Source: Octopus bimaculoides (Eukaryota). From it: a stretch of 64,000 nucleotides of DNA. This document shows, piece after piece, positions 1-12,904 of the stretch (position 1 is the stretch's first letter; every line of letters starts with the position of its first letter). Location of the stretch: assembly GCF_001194135.2 (NCBI RefSeq), contig NC_069000.1, positions 1,159,079-1,223,078 of the forward strand. The letters run 5' to 3'. The position numbers and the translations under genes were made by a program. The notes below the pieces were generated by a model. That model saw only the letters and a list, made by a program, of their open reading frames with translations, ran no database searches and was not told the origin of the DNA.

Positions 1-630
1 AAACCGTTTTAATGAAGCTGTCAGCAAGATTTTATTCAATAATACGGCCTCTAATTTGTACAATTCTAATTAAAATGTCGCAAATAATGCTTTTTGGGGA
101 GGTAGGTTAAAAATAAAAAAGTTCTTGAATCCATCTTCGACTTATTAATCCACCGTAATAGTTAAGTTAGCGTTAGCTTGTTAATTATTTCATTAACCTA
201 GAAATAATTACACGGTGAGGTAAAAAAAAAAAAAAGAGAAAAGAAATATTAGTCGATCCTTCTCTTTCAGCGCATAGGGAAACAACTTCATGCATATTAC
301 GTTATTATTCTGACCTCATCAGCGAATCACAACCTTCACAATGAAGTAATTGTGGAAGTTTCGCTTAGTAAAATGTTCTAGATTGTAATTTTATTGACGT
401 AGAAAAATTATGATTGTTGTGAGAGTAAATAACCTAGAGACGCCATTCGCATCAGTAGAAAATAGTCAAGTACGAATACGCCTTTACATGGTCCGTCGAT
501 GTGTGAGAAAGAAAGCCTATAAAAAGGGGAAGATTCAGTCGGTACATCGATCCGGTACCCGAGGAGGCAAAGAGGGCCCCGAAATTATTCAAGAGGCTTT
601 CCCTCCCTTATTGAATAAGGAAGTGAATAG

Positions 631-784
631 GGGGTAGGCATGGCTGTGTGGAAAATAATCTGCTTCCCAACCATATGATTTCCAGTTCAGTTCCACTGTA
701 TGCCACCTTGGGCTAATGTCTTCTACTATAGTCCCTGGTCAACCAAAACCTTGTCGCAGATGGAAAATGAAAGAAGCCCGTCAT

Positions 785-786
<2 letters not shown>
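631..786 (+). mobile_element. Octopus-type tRNA-related SINE (family A, head+core), running into (TA)n
   Basis: GGCATGGCTGTGTGG...CAGTTCAGTTCCACTG...GTCTTCTACTATAG...GAAAGAAGCCCGTC; the same motif chain recurs at 5289, 31877, 55797, 60419 and 63645. Confidence 0.85.
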
Positions 787-817
<31 letters not shown>

Positions 818-1771
818 NNNNNNNNNNNNNNNNNNNNNNNNNNNNNNNNNNNNNNNNNNNNNNNNNNNNNNNNNNNNNNNNNNNNNNNNNNNNNNNNNNN
901 NNNNNNNNNNNNNNNNNNNNNNNNNNNNNNNNNNNNNNNNNNNNNNNNNNNNNNNNNNNNNNNNNNNNNNNNNNNNNNNNNNNNNNNNNNNNNNNNNNNN
1001 NNNNNNNNNNNNNNNNNNNNNNNNNNNNNNNNNNNNNNNNNNNNNNNNNNNNNNNNNNNNNNNNNNNNNNNNNNNNNNNNNNNNNNNNNNNNNNNNNNNN
1101 NNNNNNNNNNNNNNNNNNNNNNNNNNNNNNNNNNNNNNNNNNNNNNNNNNNNNNNNNNNNNNNNNNNNNNNNNNNNNNNNNNNNNNNNNNNNNNNNNNNN
1201 NNNNNNNNNNNNNNNNNNNNNNNNNNNNNNNNNNNNNNNNNNNNNNNNNNNNNNNNNNNNNNNNNNNNNNNNNNNNNNNNNNNNNNNNNNNNNNNNNNNN
1301 NNNNNNNNNNNNNNNNNNNNNNNNNNNNNNNNNNNNNNNNNNNNNNNNNNNNNNNNNNNNNNNNNNNNNNNNNNNNNNNNNNNNNNNNNNNNNNNNNNNN
1401 NNNNNNNNNNNNNNNNNNNNNNNNNNNNNNNNNNNNNNNNNNNNNNNNNNNNNNNNNNNNNNNNNNNNNNNNNNNNNNNNNNNNNNNNNNNNNNNNNNNN
1501 NNNNNNNNNNNNNNNNNNNNNNNNNNNNNNNNNNNNNNNNNNNNNNNNNNNNNNNNNNNNNNNNNNNNNNNNNNNNNNNNNNNNNNNNNNNNNNNNNNNN
1601 NNNNNNNNNNNNNNNNNNNNNNNNNNNNNNNNNNNNNNNNNNNNNNNNNNNNNNNNNNNNNNNNNNNNNNNNNNNNNNNNNNNNNNNNNNNNNNNNNNNN
1701 NNNNNNNNNNNNNNNNNNNNNNNNNNNNNNNNNNNNNNNNNNNNNNNNNNNNNNNNNNNNNNNNNNNNNNN
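818..1771. other. Assembly gap (other large gaps: 6261-6590, 7408-7959, 11680-12134, 18473-19360, 22805-23575; several smaller ones)
   Basis: Runs of N; the large gaps abut simple repeats such as (TA)n, (GATA)n, (CATA)n or poly-A on at least one side. Confidence 0.99.
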
Positions 1772-1818
<47 letters not shown>

Positions 1819-2312
1819 TTATTTATATATGCCTACACATGCATACATACCCGCACACACATACACACAAACATACACACACTCATACATATATATACAT
1901 ACACACCCATATATATATACACACATCAATACACATACACACAGAGAATCATACACACACATAAACTTAATACCGTTTTCCGTCCCCGCCATCTCCGTGT
2001 TGGCCGTGACATCTCCTGCCCCACCTCTACCTTAATTTCTGTTGACACTTATTTTACATCAATCGCTTCAAAGTAAAGATGAAAAGCTAGCCATCTCCTC
2101 TTCATTGTTGATAACATTTACTATCCCTCTTCTCTCTCTCTCTCTCTCTCCCTCGCTTCATCTGTCTGTCTCTCTCTCTCCCTCTCTTCTTTCTCCCTTT
2201 TCTCTTCTCTCGCCAATATGTATTCCCTTCTATTCCATGATAGCTACCTTATATTCCATCAGCACTTTTGCCAAGAGCCTCATTCTGGTGGCCAAATGGA
2301 TATGCACATAAG

Positions 2313-2357
<45 letters not shown>

Positions 2358-2367
2358 NNNNNNNNNN

Positions 2368-2410
<43 letters not shown>

Positions 2411-2940
2411 TATAAATGTACATGTACACACACATATATAGATTATGTGTATATTTATAGGTATTATATATGTGTGTGTGTACGCGTATACGTGAGTGTG
2501 TGTAAAACCCAATAGCCTGATAAATAATCAATTACCTGTTCTTCGGTAATCAGTGATACCCATGAATACAGGATCAGCCCTATTGATTTTTTTTTAAGGG
2601 AAAAGAAAGAAAATGGGCATTTGCTCCCTTTATAGAGTTTTACCGGTTAATTTGTAGCAGGAACAAAACGAACATGGCCGGCAGGTTCTGAAGCCCCAGA
2701 AACAGACTTACTTTTATTATATACGGCAATCAATAAAATATATGACAAGCGAGTAGAAGAGAGATATACGAGTGGTAATGGTTTGCGTCAGCAAATGATA
2801 AATAACGAGCCTCCGTCGGTTGTGACGCTGAGTATTCTAGTTGTTCTATCAACACTGAATTACTTGTCCATTGAATTATTGTGTAAGTGGTTGAGCATCC
2901 CTCATACAGACTCCTGCGTCCCTCGTGTAATAGTATTTGG

Positions 2941-3095
2941 GTGGGGAAGGGTTAAGTCGATTAGATCGACCCCAGTGTTTGACTGGTTCTTATTGTATCG
3001 ATCCCGAAAGGACAAAAGGTAGAGTTGACCTTGGTAGAATTTGAACTCAGAACACAAAAGTCGGACGAAATGCCGCTGAGCATTTGTCCGTTGCT
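2941..3095 (-). mobile_element. SINE family B
   Basis: Reverse complement matches the copies at 8529-8712 and 61570-61745 (GAAATGCTTAGCGG...CTGAGTTCAAATTC...GTCGATxTAATCGAC). Confidence 0.8.
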
Positions 3096-3156
3096 GGTAT
3101 TGGATAACCTCAACTAAGACGGCTGTGATCTCGGTGTCTACGTACGTTCTGTAAAC

Positions 3157-4058
3157 TTGTACAATGGCCAGATCCAGTTGCCAACAGCCACACATAAATT
3201 CAATGGCTATCAGCCTGCTCGAATCAAAAGAAAATATAACCTCCAACAATGCATGAAGACGATCATCAATAACCAAAGAACAATTGAGGAGAAACGGGCC
3301 GTTGAGAAAATGAAACTCAACCCCAAAGTGTTCTCTTTTGCGAGGAAACACAAGGTCACTGTCCCCACTGTTGGCCCTCTAACTGATGAAAATGGCAATC
3401 TCCAAGATAATGTCAAAACCACGAGTGAGATACTGCAGAAACAGTACTGCTCTGTTTTTAGCAATCCTGATACGTACGACCTGGATTGTATCAGTGGTGT
3501 TAATCCTCGACACACTACATCGGACATAACGTCAAAGGTCAGTTACAAAAAAGATGGATGGCATGACAGGCCGTGACTACTGGGGTCGACTAGAAAAGCT
3601 CAAGCTTTATTCTCTCCAATGCCACCGTGAGCCCAACATCATCTGCATGATGTGGAAAATATTCCATCAGCATTGCTCAAATGATGTTGGCATCACCTTT
3701 AAGATACACCCAAGACTTTGGGCCCGTGCTATCCAGCCACAACACAAATCACACTCGCATCACATAACAACAATACGGCACAATCATTTCACCTCAATTT
3801 GCCCCGCTCTCCTTAACATTACACCAAAACACATTAAAGCAGAAACAGACCCCATAAAGTTCAAGAAGTCTTTGGATAAATTCCTTCTAGAAATCCCGGA
3901 TAAACCTCCTACACCCGGATATGTCTCCGTAAACAATAACTCTCTCCTTGAATGTGCCATGTTGTCCGATTCCTGATTTGAATGACTTCGCCAGGTGGCG
4001 CCATTAAGTTAGACATGGCCTGGGCCAATACTGGCCGAAACCTACCAAAGTATCAAAG

Positions 4059-4060
<2 letters not shown>
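3157..4060 (+). mobile_element. CR1/L2-group LINE remnant with the RT core deleted, 3' end retained
   Basis: ORF 3157-3576 has the pre-RT linker (VGPLTDENGNL...EILQKQYCSVF). It joins a C-terminal segment QRSVTKKMDGM...DYWGRLEKLKLYSLQ...FKKSLDKFLLEIPDKP. Ends in the short-repeat tail ACCAAAGT-ATCAAAGT. Confidence 0.8.
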
Positions 4061-4131
<71 letters not shown>

Positions 4132-4758
4132 TGATATATATTGATACATAACAGTATACGGGCATGAAACTACATATGTATTATTCTAATATAATTACGT
4201 GCATAATTACGACGACCAACTATACACTCGCGCGTGTGCGTGCGTGCGTGCGTGCGCGTGGGCATGCATCTCTGGCTATGCGTATGTCTGTGTATGTGAG
4301 TGTATTTTGTCCATGTGTGTGTATATGTGTGAGCGTGCATTCGTGTGTGAGTATGACTACGTGTGTCCGCGCGTGTGTGTGTGTATTGTGTGCCTGTGTG
4401 TCTGTGTGTCTGTGTGTCCGTATTAGTTATATATTTTCGATTAGTTATCTCCAGGGTGATGCGAACAATAGACACATCCTGACTCATTTAGTTGCCTGAA
4501 TTAGAAGAAGAAACTTGGTCAGTTGTGTTTTTAAAAGAACAAAACTAGTGAGGGTGGCTCGGTGGTTGGGTGGCTGGGTAACTTCGATCTGCTAGACATA
4601 GTAGGTCGAAACACTCGCAAGCCAAACCCTGTTATCTCACACAAATAAATAAATTAATTAATTAAATACAACAACGATGAGGGAAAGATACAATGGATAA
4701 AATATTCCTTAGACATTATTTGGTCTGAATGAAAGAACCCACATCCGATGGTCACATT

Positions 4759-4802
<44 letters not shown>

Positions 4803-5288
4803 ACATACGTATGTATAGTGTGTGTATACACACACATACATACATATACATATACATATATATATATATATAAATATGTAAACACACACACATGTATGTA
4901 TGTATGCGATGTTGCTCACAGAGAAATGAGATCGTTACTAGAACTGATCTCAGGTTAAACGACGACGACTGCTGCTGCTGCTGCAGTTGTTGTTGTTTAA
5001 TCCCCAAGGACAACCATCACCACCACCACCAACGTATAGTAAGTGACTGGTGCATTTATTGCAAACCAATCATTGGTGAAACCTTTTCACTCGAACCGTG
5101 TCTGATTTACGCTCACAATTCAACGCCGCCTCTGCTGTTGTTACTGCTGCTGCTGCTGCAGTTGTTTTATCCCCCCAAGGACGATCCCAATCTAGTTAAT
5201 CTACGATCAAAGGGATTCCCCGCTACGTCGACCTCGTATTTCCCTCTCTGGCATTGACTATCTAGGAATACATTACCTAACGCATAAT

Positions 5289-5568
<280 letters not shown>

Positions 5569-5610
5569 TGTGTGTATGTGTGTGTGTATACACGTATATA
5601 CATACATAAT

Positions 5611-5705
5611 CTCGCTTCCATCCACATGTCCTCAGGTTCAGTCCCACTGCACGGTATCCTGCGCAAATAAGTCATCTCAATAGCTCTGGGTTGACTAAAG
5701 CCTCT
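5611..5705 (+). mobile_element. SINE family A partial
   Basis: GCTTCCATCCACATG...CAGGTTCAGTCCCACTGCACGG...GGGTTGACTAAAGCC. Confidence 0.7.
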
Positions 5706-5720
5706 CACACACACACACAC

Positions 5721-5889
5721 CGGCCTTGCAGACAGTTTCCGTCTATCAAAATCACTCACTTCGAAGTATTTTATGAGTCTGAGGCAATAGTAGAAGAAGA
5801 AAAAAAACTGGCCGAGGTGCCACACAGTGGGACTGAACTTGAAATGGCGTGGTTGCGAAACAAACTCTCTTGACCACACAGCCATGTCT
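5721..5889 (-). mobile_element. SINE family A, inverted
   Basis: Reverse complement of the head: GGTGCCACACAGTGGGACTGAAC...ACCACACAGCCATG. Confidence 0.8.
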
Positions 5890-6150
5890 AAAGAAACGCC
5901 AAACACGTTTGGAAAAAGCATTGGAGTTGATTCGGTCGATTTTCTCTGAGAATATATTTCACAAGATCCGTCTGAAACGAAACATTATCATTTAATGTGA
6001 TGAAATGAATTTGAATATATAATTGTCTGCATATATAATAAATGAGATTCTCTTATTTCATATCTCGCCATCACCAACTTCTCTCTCATTTGTCTCTCTT
6101 CTTCTTTGATGTCGGCTGCCATCTGTTACAGCATCACTTTCATTCTGTCT

Positions 6151-6218
<68 letters not shown>

Positions 6219-6590
6219 TGTGTTTAATTCTCGTTCTTTCTTTCTGACTGTTTGTTTCTANNNNNNNNNNNNNNNNNNNNNNNNNNNNNNNNNNNNNNNN
6301 NNNNNNNNNNNNNNNNNNNNNNNNNNNNNNNNNNNNNNNNNNNNNNNNNNNNNNNNNNNNNNNNNNNNNNNNNNNNNNNNNNNNNNNNNNNNNNNNNNNN
6401 NNNNNNNNNNNNNNNNNNNNNNNNNNNNNNNNNNNNNNNNNNNNNNNNNNNNNNNNNNNNNNNNNNNNNNNNNNNNNNNNNNNNNNNNNNNNNNNNNNNN
6501 NNNNNNNNNNNNNNNNNNNNNNNNNNNNNNNNNNNNNNNNNNNNNNNNNNNNNNNNNNNNNNNNNNNNNNNNNNNNNNNNNNNNNNNNNN

Positions 6591-6624
<34 letters not shown>

Positions 6625-6829
6625 AATGTATGTATACATATATGTGTTTGTGTATACATATGTATGTATATATAGAGAGAGGGGTGGCGGGGGTGAACGC
6701 TAAGCAAGCGTGGTATAGATATCCACAGAGTTGTGCTCAGATAAATTCAATATCCAACTCCTCCATCCATGGCGGTGCCTCCGGCGTCAAAAGTTAGGTA
6801 TGAGAACGATTCTCATCGAATTGCAAGTG

Positions 6830-7250
6830 GAAGCAGAAAGGCAGATAAACACAAGAACACTTAATTTACTTGGAATACAATGGTGCAGAGTAAAAATAGA
6901 CACAAAGGAAGCGAAAGGAGTGATATAATAGTTTTATCTTAACAGCTGTTTCGGAAACTCTGTGACTTATGCGGTAACCAAGTTCATACATAATACAGAT
7001 CCACAATGTTGTTGGTGTAAGTAATTACATAAGCTCTTATGGATCCATTGGGCGAAGCCCAGTCGTCCTCATCGAAAGAAAATGGTAAATGCGTATTTTG
7101 GAGCAGTGTTTATAAATATAAAGCTTTACAGACAATAAAATGGGGATGTAAGGAAAGAGGTAGAGGGAAGAGAAGAGGAGTGGGGTGCCACTGTAGGGAG
7201 TTCCACCACAAACTATGGAGCAGTACAGATTATAGGACCTATATAAACAG
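6830..7250 (-). mobile_element. Probable Penelope-like element terminal repeat fragment
   Basis: Minus strand: pyrimidine-rich tract, then TCGATGA-GGA...TCC-GAAACAGCTGTT-AAGA, then a T-rich tract; this resembles PLE pseudo-LTR hammerhead regions. Confidence 0.4.
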
Positions 7251-7317
7251 TTTATCTGTTGTTTCAGACATTCGACTGCGGCCAAGTTGGAGCACCGCCT
7301 TGAAGAGTTTTCGTCTA

Positions 7318-7385
<68 letters not shown>

Positions 7386-8528
7386 AATCTATCTATCTAT
7401 CTACCTANNNNNNNNNNNNNNNNNNNNNNNNNNNNNNNNNNNNNNNNNNNNNNNNNNNNNNNNNNNNNNNNNNNNNNNNNNNNNNNNNNNNNNNNNNNNN
7501 NNNNNNNNNNNNNNNNNNNNNNNNNNNNNNNNNNNNNNNNNNNNNNNNNNNNNNNNNNNNNNNNNNNNNNNNNNNNNNNNNNNNNNNNNNNNNNNNNNNN
7601 NNNNNNNNNNNNNNNNNNNNNNNNNNNNNNNNNNNNNNNNNNNNNNNNNNNNNNNNNNNNNNNNNNNNNNNNNNNNNNNNNNNNNNNNNNNNNNNNNNNN
7701 NNNNNNNNNNNNNNNNNNNNNNNNNNNNNNNNNNNNNNNNNNNNNNNNNNNNNNNNNNNNNNNNNNNNNNNNNNNNNNNNNNNNNNNNNNNNNNNNNNNN
7801 NNNNNNNNNNNNNNNNNNNNNNNNNNNNNNNNNNNNNNNNNNNNNNNNNNNNNNNNNNNNNNNNNNNNNNNNNNNNNNNNNNNNNNNNNNNNNNNNNNNN
7901 NNNNNNNNNNNNNNNNNNNNNNNNNNNNNNNNNNNNNNNNNNNNNNNNNNNNNNNNNNNAAAAAAAAAAAAAAAAAAAAAACTTCTAGTCTTGTGCCTAT
8001 AGAAGATGGGATTAGGGTTTCTTATATATTTTACATCTATATTACTCCATCCTTTTGTGACTTGTTGTTGTTGTTGTTTGCACTTTGGTGCAGTAATTAC
8101 ATGTATATCTGCATGTATGTACACACACACACACACACAGGTGTGTGAGGCAAGATTGTCGCTTTTGTCACGTTGTAAAGACTGGTTGAAAGGGAGCGGG
8201 CGGAGGGACAAGGAGAGGCCTTCAGTCATTACAAACCAACAAAGAAACGAGATAAGGGAAAACGATTCAATCGGCAATCACTAATAATTATTGATTTCAA
8301 ACTTATTAACAACGATTTCATAAAGAAAAAATTTAATTAGAAACGATTTATTATACAAAGTATATTGATTATTATTCTAATGCTTCTCTCTCCCTCCCTC
8401 TTCCTTTCATGTGTGTGGGTGTGTGAATGTGTGTATACGGAATGTATACATACATACCACACACACACACACACAATATTATTATTAAAGAAATCATCAT
8501 TATTATTATTATTATTAATATTACCATA

Positions 8529-8712
8529 CCGGGCGAAATGCTTAGCGGTATTTCATCCGTCCTTACGTTCTGAGTTCAAATTCTGCCGAGGTCGACTTTG
8601 CCTTTCATTCTTTCGGGGTTGATTAAATAAGTACCAGTTTATGCACTGGAGTCGATATAATCAACTTAATCCCCACCCCTAAACTACCCTTGTGGCAAAA
8701 ATTTGAAACCGT
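8529..8712 (+). mobile_element. SINE family B
   Basis: CCGGGCGAAATGCTTAGCGGTATTTC...GAGTTCAAATTCTGCCGAGGTCGACTTTGCCTTTCAT...GTCGATATAATC. Confidence 0.85.
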
Positions 8713-9025
8713 TGTCATCATCATCATCATCATCATCATCATCGTTTAACGTCCACTTTCCATGCTGGCATGGGTTGGACGATTCGGTTGAGGACTGGTG
8801 AACCAGATGGCTACACCAGGCTCCAATCTGATTTGGCAGAGTTTCTACAGCTGGATGCCCTTCCTAACGCCAATCACTCCAAGAGTGTAGTGGGTGCTTT
8901 TATGTGCCACCGGCACGAGGGCCAGTCAGGCGGTACTGGCAATGGCCACGCTCAAATTGTGTTTTTTACATGCCACCTGCACAGGAGCCAGTCCAGCGGC
9001 ACTGATAACGACCTTCGTTGAGGAC
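8713..9025 (-). mobile_element. RTE-tail repeat (family C; RTE LINE 3' end or RTE-dependent SINE)
   Basis: (CAT)n tail then CGTTTAACGTCCACTTTCCATGCTGGCATGGGTTGGAC...CAGCTGGATGCCCTTCC; shared with 32215, 34260, 39870, 40103 and 43170. Confidence 0.8.
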
Positions 9026-9219
9026 TTCGGTATTGATGGTGTGGTTGAACAACTNNNNNNNNNNNNNNNNNNNNNNNNNNNNNNNNNNNNNNNNNNNNNN
9101 NNNNNNNNNNNNNNNNNNNNNNNNNATATATATGTATGTATAAATGTATGTATATTTATGTATGTATCTGTATATGAGGTATCGGATTTTTCTCATATAC
9201 ATATACATATACATACACA

Positions 9220-9270
<51 letters not shown>

Positions 9271-9674
9271 GTGTGTGTCTGTATGTATGTTTGTACACAC
9301 ACATATATGATATCAGATTTTTCTCCTCGGCACAGAGATTAATAATTTTCCTGTGAAATTAATTCTCCATTTCTATAATTTTTCTCTCGTTTTCTTTGAA
9401 AGTCGCTCACAATTGTTGCTAGGTTATTTACTTATTTTGATTTCTTTCTCTAAATAAGAGGCAAATTTCAATTTACCAAGTAAGTTTTCTTGAATATTTT
9501 TCCTTTTTATTTTTTTTACGTGCGTCATCTAGTGCATCATCACATAATCGAACCTTAGTAAATCGATCTCTATAAAGAAAAAATACGGAACGGATAGTGG
9601 TGGATGGGAGAGTGTGGGAAGTGAAAGGGAAGTAGGTGGGAGAATGAAACAAAGATAGATAGATAGATAGATAG

Positions 9675-9705
<31 letters not shown>

Positions 9706-10074
9706 CAGACAAATCCCGCCGAAGTCAATTTTGCGTTTCATTCTTCTGGGGTCAAGAAAGTTCCTTTCAAGTACTTGGTTAGGGTTATATACTAACCTCA
9801 TTCTCTGAAAATTGCTGGCCTTGTTCCTAAATAAGTAACACACACACACACACACACATTGTACTGTAAATACGACTATGTTTTAGTTTAACTTATTTAT
9901 TAGAGTTTTCATATTATTTAAGGGTTCAGCCGCTGTCTGTTTGGAATATTAAAGTTCCTTAATCCATCATTAAAGTTTCCAGGCTAGCATGGCCTCATCA
10001 TCAGAAGGGAAGTGTTGTTGTCCTGTGTTTTCAGCAAAACGTTTTCCCTTATGATTGGGCGTGTGCTTGCATGC

Positions 10075-10117
<43 letters not shown>

Positions 10118-10160
10118 ATATTCCAGGATATTTTCTTTTCCTCTTGTTTCCTCATTTGAC

Positions 10161-10662
10161 TGTAGCCATGCTTCCATAACGGTCTTAGTCGAACAAATCA
10201 ACCACAGGACTTATGTCTTTTAAGCCAAGTATTTACTCTACCAGTGTCTTTTGCTGAACCGCTAAGTTACGGAGATGTAAAGACACCAACACCGGTTGTC
10301 AAGCGGTGACGGGGAGAAAACACAAACATGAAGACACACACACATATATACAATGGGTTTCTTTCAGTTTTCGTCTACCAAATCTACTCACAAATAGTTG
10401 TGGTGCACATGTGTCTCATCAGGTGAAGTTATAGGGATGTAAACTAACCAACACCGTGTTTTAAACGTTGGTCAGACACGGACACACACACATACGTGAT
10501 GGGCTTCGCTTTAGTTTTCGGTCAACTAAATCCACTAACAAGAATTTGATCTGTCCGAGGCTATAGTAGAAGACACTTGTCCAAAGTGCCATGCAGTGGG
10601 ACTGAACCTGGAACCATGTGGTCGGGAAGCAAGCTTCTCGCCACACAGCCATACCTGCGCCT
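10161..10662 (-). mobile_element. Two adjacent SINE family A pieces (3' module plus a head/core copy)
   Basis: Head at 10560-10662 (GTGGGACTGAACCTGGAACCATGTGG...CCACACAGCCATACCTGCGCC); 3' module GTTACGGAGATGTAAAGACACCAACACCGGTTGTCAAG at ~10266. Confidence 0.8.
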
Positions 10663-10701
10663 ATATATAAGTATAATCTATCTGTCTGTCTGTATGTCTG
10701 A

Positions 10702-10783
<82 letters not shown>

Positions 10784-10876
10784 GTCTGTCTGTCTATCTA
10801 TCTGTACACACACACATACCTATCTATACAGAGAGGATAGATAGATAGATAGATAGATAGATATGCACAAATTCAC

Positions 10877-10927
<51 letters not shown>

Positions 10928-11241
10928 CGGTTCCGCGCTACGAAGCAAAGCATTTTTTAAAGACCGCTGCCTTATTCCAGTTTGTTTTTAAAAGAATCAA
11001 TAATTCCTATCAAGCTTTGCTGGAGCGGGAGGGATTGGTAGAGGGAGAAGGCTAGACAGAAAGAGAGAGAGAGAGAAGGGAAGAGAGAGAGACAGACAGA
11101 CAGATACAGAGAAAGAGAGAGAGAGAATGGGGAGAGAGGTAGGAGGGAGAAGGAGAAAGTGAGATATAGAAAATGAAAAGAGAAGGGATTGTAGGGAACG
11201 AAAAAGCAGGCGATAGAGAGATAGATAGATAGATAGATAGC

Positions 11242-11284
<43 letters not shown>

Positions 11285-11641
11285 AGAGAGAGACTGAGAG
11301 ACAGAGTGAAAGAAGGGTAGAGACACAGAGATACAGTGAAAAAGAGGATGAAATATGGAAAATGAAACAAGGAGCGATGGGAAAAGAAGAGACTCGAGTG
11401 TTAGAGGATGGAAAACTGATAGATACATGTTTATATAAGTATATATATGTATGTAAGTATGTAGGTAGGTAGATGGAGAGGGAGAGCGGTATGTGCGTGT
11501 GCGCGCGCGTAGATGGGTGGACAGATAGATAAGTGTGAGATAGAAATGAGTGGAGGGAAAGACATAGAATGTTGTGGTGAATTGGTGTTTGTGCGAATAT
11601 AGAGCCATGTCTATCTATCTATATACACTCACACACGCAGA

Positions 11642-11679
<38 letters not shown>

Positions 11680-12134
11680 NNNNNNNNNNNNNNNNNNNNN
11701 NNNNNNNNNNNNNNNNNNNNNNNNNNNNNNNNNNNNNNNNNNNNNNNNNNNNNNNNNNNNNNNNNNNNNNNNNNNNNNNNNNNNNNNNNNNNNNNNNNNN
11801 NNNNNNNNNNNNNNNNNNNNNNNNNNNNNNNNNNNNNNNNNNNNNNNNNNNNNNNNNNNNNNNNNNNNNNNNNNNNNNNNNNNNNNNNNNNNNNNNNNNN
11901 NNNNNNNNNNNNNNNNNNNNNNNNNNNNNNNNNNNNNNNNNNNNNNNNNNNNNNNNNNNNNNNNNNNNNNNNNNNNNNNNNNNNNNNNNNNNNNNNNNNN
12001 NNNNNNNNNNNNNNNNNNNNNNNNNNNNNNNNNNNNNNNNNNNNNNNNNNNNNNNNNNNNNNNNNNNNNNNNNNNNNNNNNNNNNNNNNNNNNNNNNNNN
12101 NNNNNNNNNNNNNNNNNNNNNNNNNNNNNNNNNN

Positions 12135-12182
<48 letters not shown>

Positions 12183-12866
12183 TTGTGCGTGTGTGTACAC
12201 ACGCACGCACACAAACACACACAAAGATGAAAAAAGAATATTAGTGAATATCAAAGAGGGTGAAGTACGCGATAAGAGAGGGAGAGAGTGAGAGAGACAA
12301 ACAGACAGAGAGACAGAAAGACGGAGGCAGAGAGAGGAAAAAAGAGAGGAAAAGGGCGAGATGTAGAGTTAAGAATTGTTTTCGGTGGGAAACGTGAAAA
12401 GAAGATACGAGAAATGGCGTATGAGAGAAAGATGAGGGAATGGAGCGAGGAATTTCGAAAGATGAGAGATAGGGAGACCAGCGAGAGGCTAAGATGGGGG
12501 AGCGTGCGACAGAGAGAGAGAGAGAGAGAGGGGGAGGAAGTGAGAGCTGGAAAATACGAGCGAGAGAAGGAGAGTGAGGAGAAATATGGAGAATGTGAGA
12601 AGAGAAGATGATGAAAGAGACTGGGAAAGAAAGGGGCAATAAATGGGAGAAAAAGGCTTGTTGTGTGAGCTTGTGAGAGAGAGTTGGAGAGCAAGGAGAG
12701 CCAGTGAGACCTGTTCACTGGTTGGAATGAAAGGAATCTAGTTGGTTAGGGTTAGGGTTGAGAAGTTCGATGAAAACAGGGGCACAGTGCCCGGATGTAG
12801 ACGTGAAGGGGACACTTGTGCGAAAATAGGGCGAACTGCGATTGCCAGAGAGTGTGATGTGTGCGT

Positions 12867-12904
<38 letters not shown>

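Noticed and set aside
631-720. tRNA-like A/B-box pattern (TGGCTGTGTGG...GTTCAGTTCC), repeated in every family A head
   Set aside because: These are SINE heads; no cloverleaf or acceptor stem, so not tRNA genes.
713-2035. Long ORFs in the supplied track (also 7039-8148, 18213-19615, 22420-23793 and others)
   Set aside because: They are open only because of N gaps and stop-free microsatellites (YIYI, HTHT, LSIY repeats); not genes.
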